From a candidate division FCPU426 bacterium (GTDB lineage: Bacteria > Oederibacteriota > Muellerivitia > Muellerivitales > Muellerivitaceae), in the NCBI GenBank assembly GCA_963771075.1, contig CAVYSE010000028.1, positions 160,001 through 224,000 of the forward strand: a stretch of DNA of 64,000 nt, in the 5' to 3' direction. Below are positions 61,753-64,000 of the stretch, one piece after another (positions within the stretch are counted from its first letter, which is position 1; every line of letters begins with the position of its first letter). Below the pieces are notes generated by a model, which worked only from the letters and a program-made list of their open reading frames with translations, was not told the origin of the DNA and searched no databases. The position numbers were made by a program, and so were the translations under genes.

Positions 61753-63927
61753 ATGAACACCCCGATCGAGATACGGCCCACTCCTTCCCTTCCCCTCAAG
61801 AAGGGGGAATTTTCCTTCCATCCTTGGGTCCTGTTCGGGATCTTCCTCTCATCCAACACGTTACTTTCCTACTTTCCCTGGCCCAACCCCGTCAAATTAT
61901 GGGTGGGAGTGTTCGGGCTGCTGATCCCGTTCCTTCTGGCCTGTTGGGACCTCACCCAGAAACGAAATGGTTCCGTTCCCACCCCCCTTTCGCCTTTCCG
62001 TGACGAGTTCCTTCCCGAAGGTTGGTTCAAATGGGGTGGGTGGTTCCTCACCCTGGCGATGGTCCTCAGGTTCTGGCAACTCACCACCCTTTCGGTCTGG
62101 CCCCTGGATGACGATGGGTTGGTCGGCTCTATTTCCCAGGGCATGGTGGAGGGGGAGCCTCTGCGCCTCTTCCATGCCTACAATTCCATCCCACCTTTCA
62201 CTTTCATGGGCCTGGCGTTCTTCTTCAGGATTCTGGGGATTTCCCTCTTCTCGCTCTGGCTTTATCCCGCCGTTCTCTCCACGCTGGCGCTGTTCGTCTG
62301 GCGTTGGGCCGCCCGCCGGTTGTTTTCAAGCTCTTACGCCTTTCTTTTCCAGCTGGGAGTGGGCCTGTGTTTCTGGCCTTTGTTCATTGGAAGGTTCGTG
62401 AACTGGGGAGGTCCCCTGTTTCTTGGGGAGGGAGTCTCCTTCCTTCTTTTCTCGTTCTATCTCTCCGGAAACCCTGGAAAACCCCGATCGTTCGCAACCA
62501 TCCTGCTGGGTCTGTCGGTGGGGCTGGGTTTTTACACTTATCACACCTGGGGGGTCGTGGCGGCGGTCCTGGGCCTGGCCGTGACGCTGGACTGTTTGCA
62601 CGCGAAGAGGAAAGATTGGGCCTCCTTTTTCACATTCCTATTGGCGGCGGGCGCAGGCGCCCTTCCCATCGCCTGGAAACTGCTACAAAACCTCGACCCG
62701 ACCTTTTTGAATGCCGTGTGGGCCTTCCAGGGGCATGTCGGTCTGTCCTCTTTCATGGCTCTGGTCTCGAACATCCTCGCCTATTTCTGGGGGCCCATCC
62801 CTTTCGACATTTTTTCCTACAACCCCCTCTGGGGCGGATTCTTCAATCCGGTCACAAGTTCCCTCATCTTTTTGGGTCTTTTAGAATTGGCCCGGGAGAG
62901 GGCACAGGGGTGGGTGCTATTTTTCCTTCTGTCCGGGTTCATTCTTTGGCTTCCGCAGGGCTTGAGCCGGGGCCAGGAATATATGCGGGGAATCCAACTG
63001 ATTCCTGTTTTCGTGTTCCTGCTGGTCCTGGGCGCGCGTTACCTGATCCTCCATCCGCCCGGGAGAACCATCCGCCTGGGGACCTGGGTCCTGGCCCTCC
63101 TATCCCTTTCCCTGGGTTGCGATGGGTATCACCTATTCGGGGCCTACCATCAACGATGGTCGGTCATCCACGACACGGGATTCCAGAACAAGTCCCTGGA
63201 ACGGCAAAGAGCCTTCGAGTTCTTCGACCGGACCAGGGCCCAATGGGGTCCCGGGCTGATCCTGGGCGACTTGACCGACGATATCCATGACCAAACTTTG
63301 GAACTGGCCGCCTGGGAATTCAACGCGTTGGAAAACCCGAAAGCCCCCTCACCCCGGGTGCCCTGGGCGGGCCTCCTCTGCAACGTCCACTACCGGGGAT
63401 ACCTGGCCAAGCTTTTGCCCCAGGCCCAATGGAAGGACCTGGCCACGGATGTCTTCCGCGAGAACGGGGGTTTGATGGCGGGTGTGATCCCGGTCAACTC
63501 GACGAACCTGCCGGTCCTGGCCCGCTGGGCGAAGGCGCAAAAAACCATGCACGGGTTCGCCCAGGAGATCCTCGAGACCCAGCATTCCCCCCATACCGAA
63601 CGATTGCCGGGGCGAATGGCTCCCGCTTACCCGCTCTTCCAGGGCGACCCTTTTTTGGAATCCTGCTTTTGGGAAAAACAGGCGCAGAACTATTTCATGA
63701 ACCGGAAATACGCCGAGATGATCAAGCCCCTCGAGAACGCCCTTCAACTCGGGGTTCCGGAAGCGCATCTTTACAACCGCTTGGGAGTGGCCTGTCTGGC
63801 GACCGGGGATTTCAAAAAAGCCCAATGGGCGCTCGAACACGCCCTGGCATGCCCGGATAACCGGACCTCCGCCGCGTATCTTTATACCCACTACCTGTTG
63901 CCCCGTCAGATCTTGATTGTCCCCTGA
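61753..63927 (+). CDS. GT-C-like polytopic membrane glycosyltransferase with C-terminal TPR
   Basis: RFWQL...WP.DDDG, GFYTY, YNPLWGG, FNALEN, DPF....WEK motifs shared with 33791..35863. Confidence 0.72.
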   Translation: MNTPIEIRPTPSLPLKKGEFSFHPWVLFGIFLSSNTLLSYFPWPNPVKLWVGVFGLLIPFLLACWDLTQKRNGSVPTPLSPFRDEFLPEGWFKWGGWFLTLAMVLRFWQLTTLSVWPLDDDGLVGSISQGMVEGEPLRLFHAYNSIPPFTFMGLAFFFRILGISLFSLWLYPAVLSTLALFVWRWAARRLFSSSYAFLFQLGVGLCFWPLFIGRFVNWGGPLFLGEGVSFLLFSFYLSGNPGKPRSFATILLGLSVGLGFYTYHTWGVVAAVLGLAVTLDCLHAKRKDWASFFTFLLAAGAGALPIAWKLLQNLDPTFLNAVWAFQGHVGLSSFMALVSNILAYFWGPIPFDIFSYNPLWGGFFNPVTSSLIFLGLLELARERAQGWVLFFLLSGFILWLPQGLSRGQEYMRGIQLIPVFVFLLVLGARYLILHPPGRTIRLGTWVLALLSLSLGCDGYHLFGAYHQRWSVIHDTGFQNKSLERQRAFEFFDRTRAQWGPGLILGDLTDDIHDQTLELAAWEFNALENPKAPSPRVPWAGLLCNVHYRGYLAKLLPQAQWKDLATDVFRENGGLMAGVIPVNSTNLPVLARWAKAQKTMHGFAQEILETQHSPHTERLPGRMAPAYPLFQGDPFLESCFWEKQAQNYFMNRKYAEMIKPLENALQLGVPEAHLYNRLGVACLATGDFKKAQWALEHALACPDNRTSAAYLYTHYLLPRQILIVP

Positions 63928-63948
63928 CCGGGTGACCGGGGCTGGCGG

Positions 63949-64000
63949 CTACCGGATGGCCTTGTTCAGGAAGTCCATGGCAGAAGGGGCGTCGCTGTAG
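63949..64000 (-). CDS. 3' end of a gene entering from beyond the window
   Basis: Reads ...YSDAPSAMDFLNKAIR* on the minus strand. Confidence 0.4.
   Translation of the reverse strand, partial: YSDAPSAMDFLNKAIR

Overview
A GC-rich bacterial chromosome segment from a diderm organism. It carries a TonB motor, beta-barrel candidates, lipoproteins, a PorV-like protein and T9SS-CTD-like domains. The many Thr/Pro-linker surface proteins suggest an uncultured lineage such as candidate phylum FCPU426; this is inference only. Housekeeping content includes serS, two tRNA-Ser genes, dCMP deaminase, a PerR-like regulator with ahpC, tkt, thrH, zwf-opcA-pgl, cysH, gpsA, aroK, an MscS channel, a DUF815 ATPase, an AmmeMemoRadiSam radical SAM enzyme and two rhomboids. 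Envelope content includes exbB-exbD-tonB, a duplicated barrel plus NHL-lipoprotein cluster, three GT-C-type glycosyltransferases, an IgGFc-binding/CTD protein and a ~1,760-aa surface lipoprotein. I found no CRISPR array, integrase, transposase or rRNA. The most notable observations are: (1) three ~115-bp elements flanking the tRNA-Ser genes, each bounded by one inverted and one direct copy of the adjacent tRNA's own arm; (2) a gene cluster encoding a stand-alone CTD-like protein, PorV-TPR, an ECF sigma factor and an anti-sigma-like protein ending in a CTD/FlgD-like domain; (3) the tandem barrel/NHL-lipoprotein modules; (4) an Aur1/PAP2-type enzyme fused to a degenerate PEP-synthase-like domain; (5) about 15 small indels that mostly fit wobble positions, which points to a mixed-strain consensus artefact rather than true pseudogenes. 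All family assignments are from motif recognition by eye, with no database searches.
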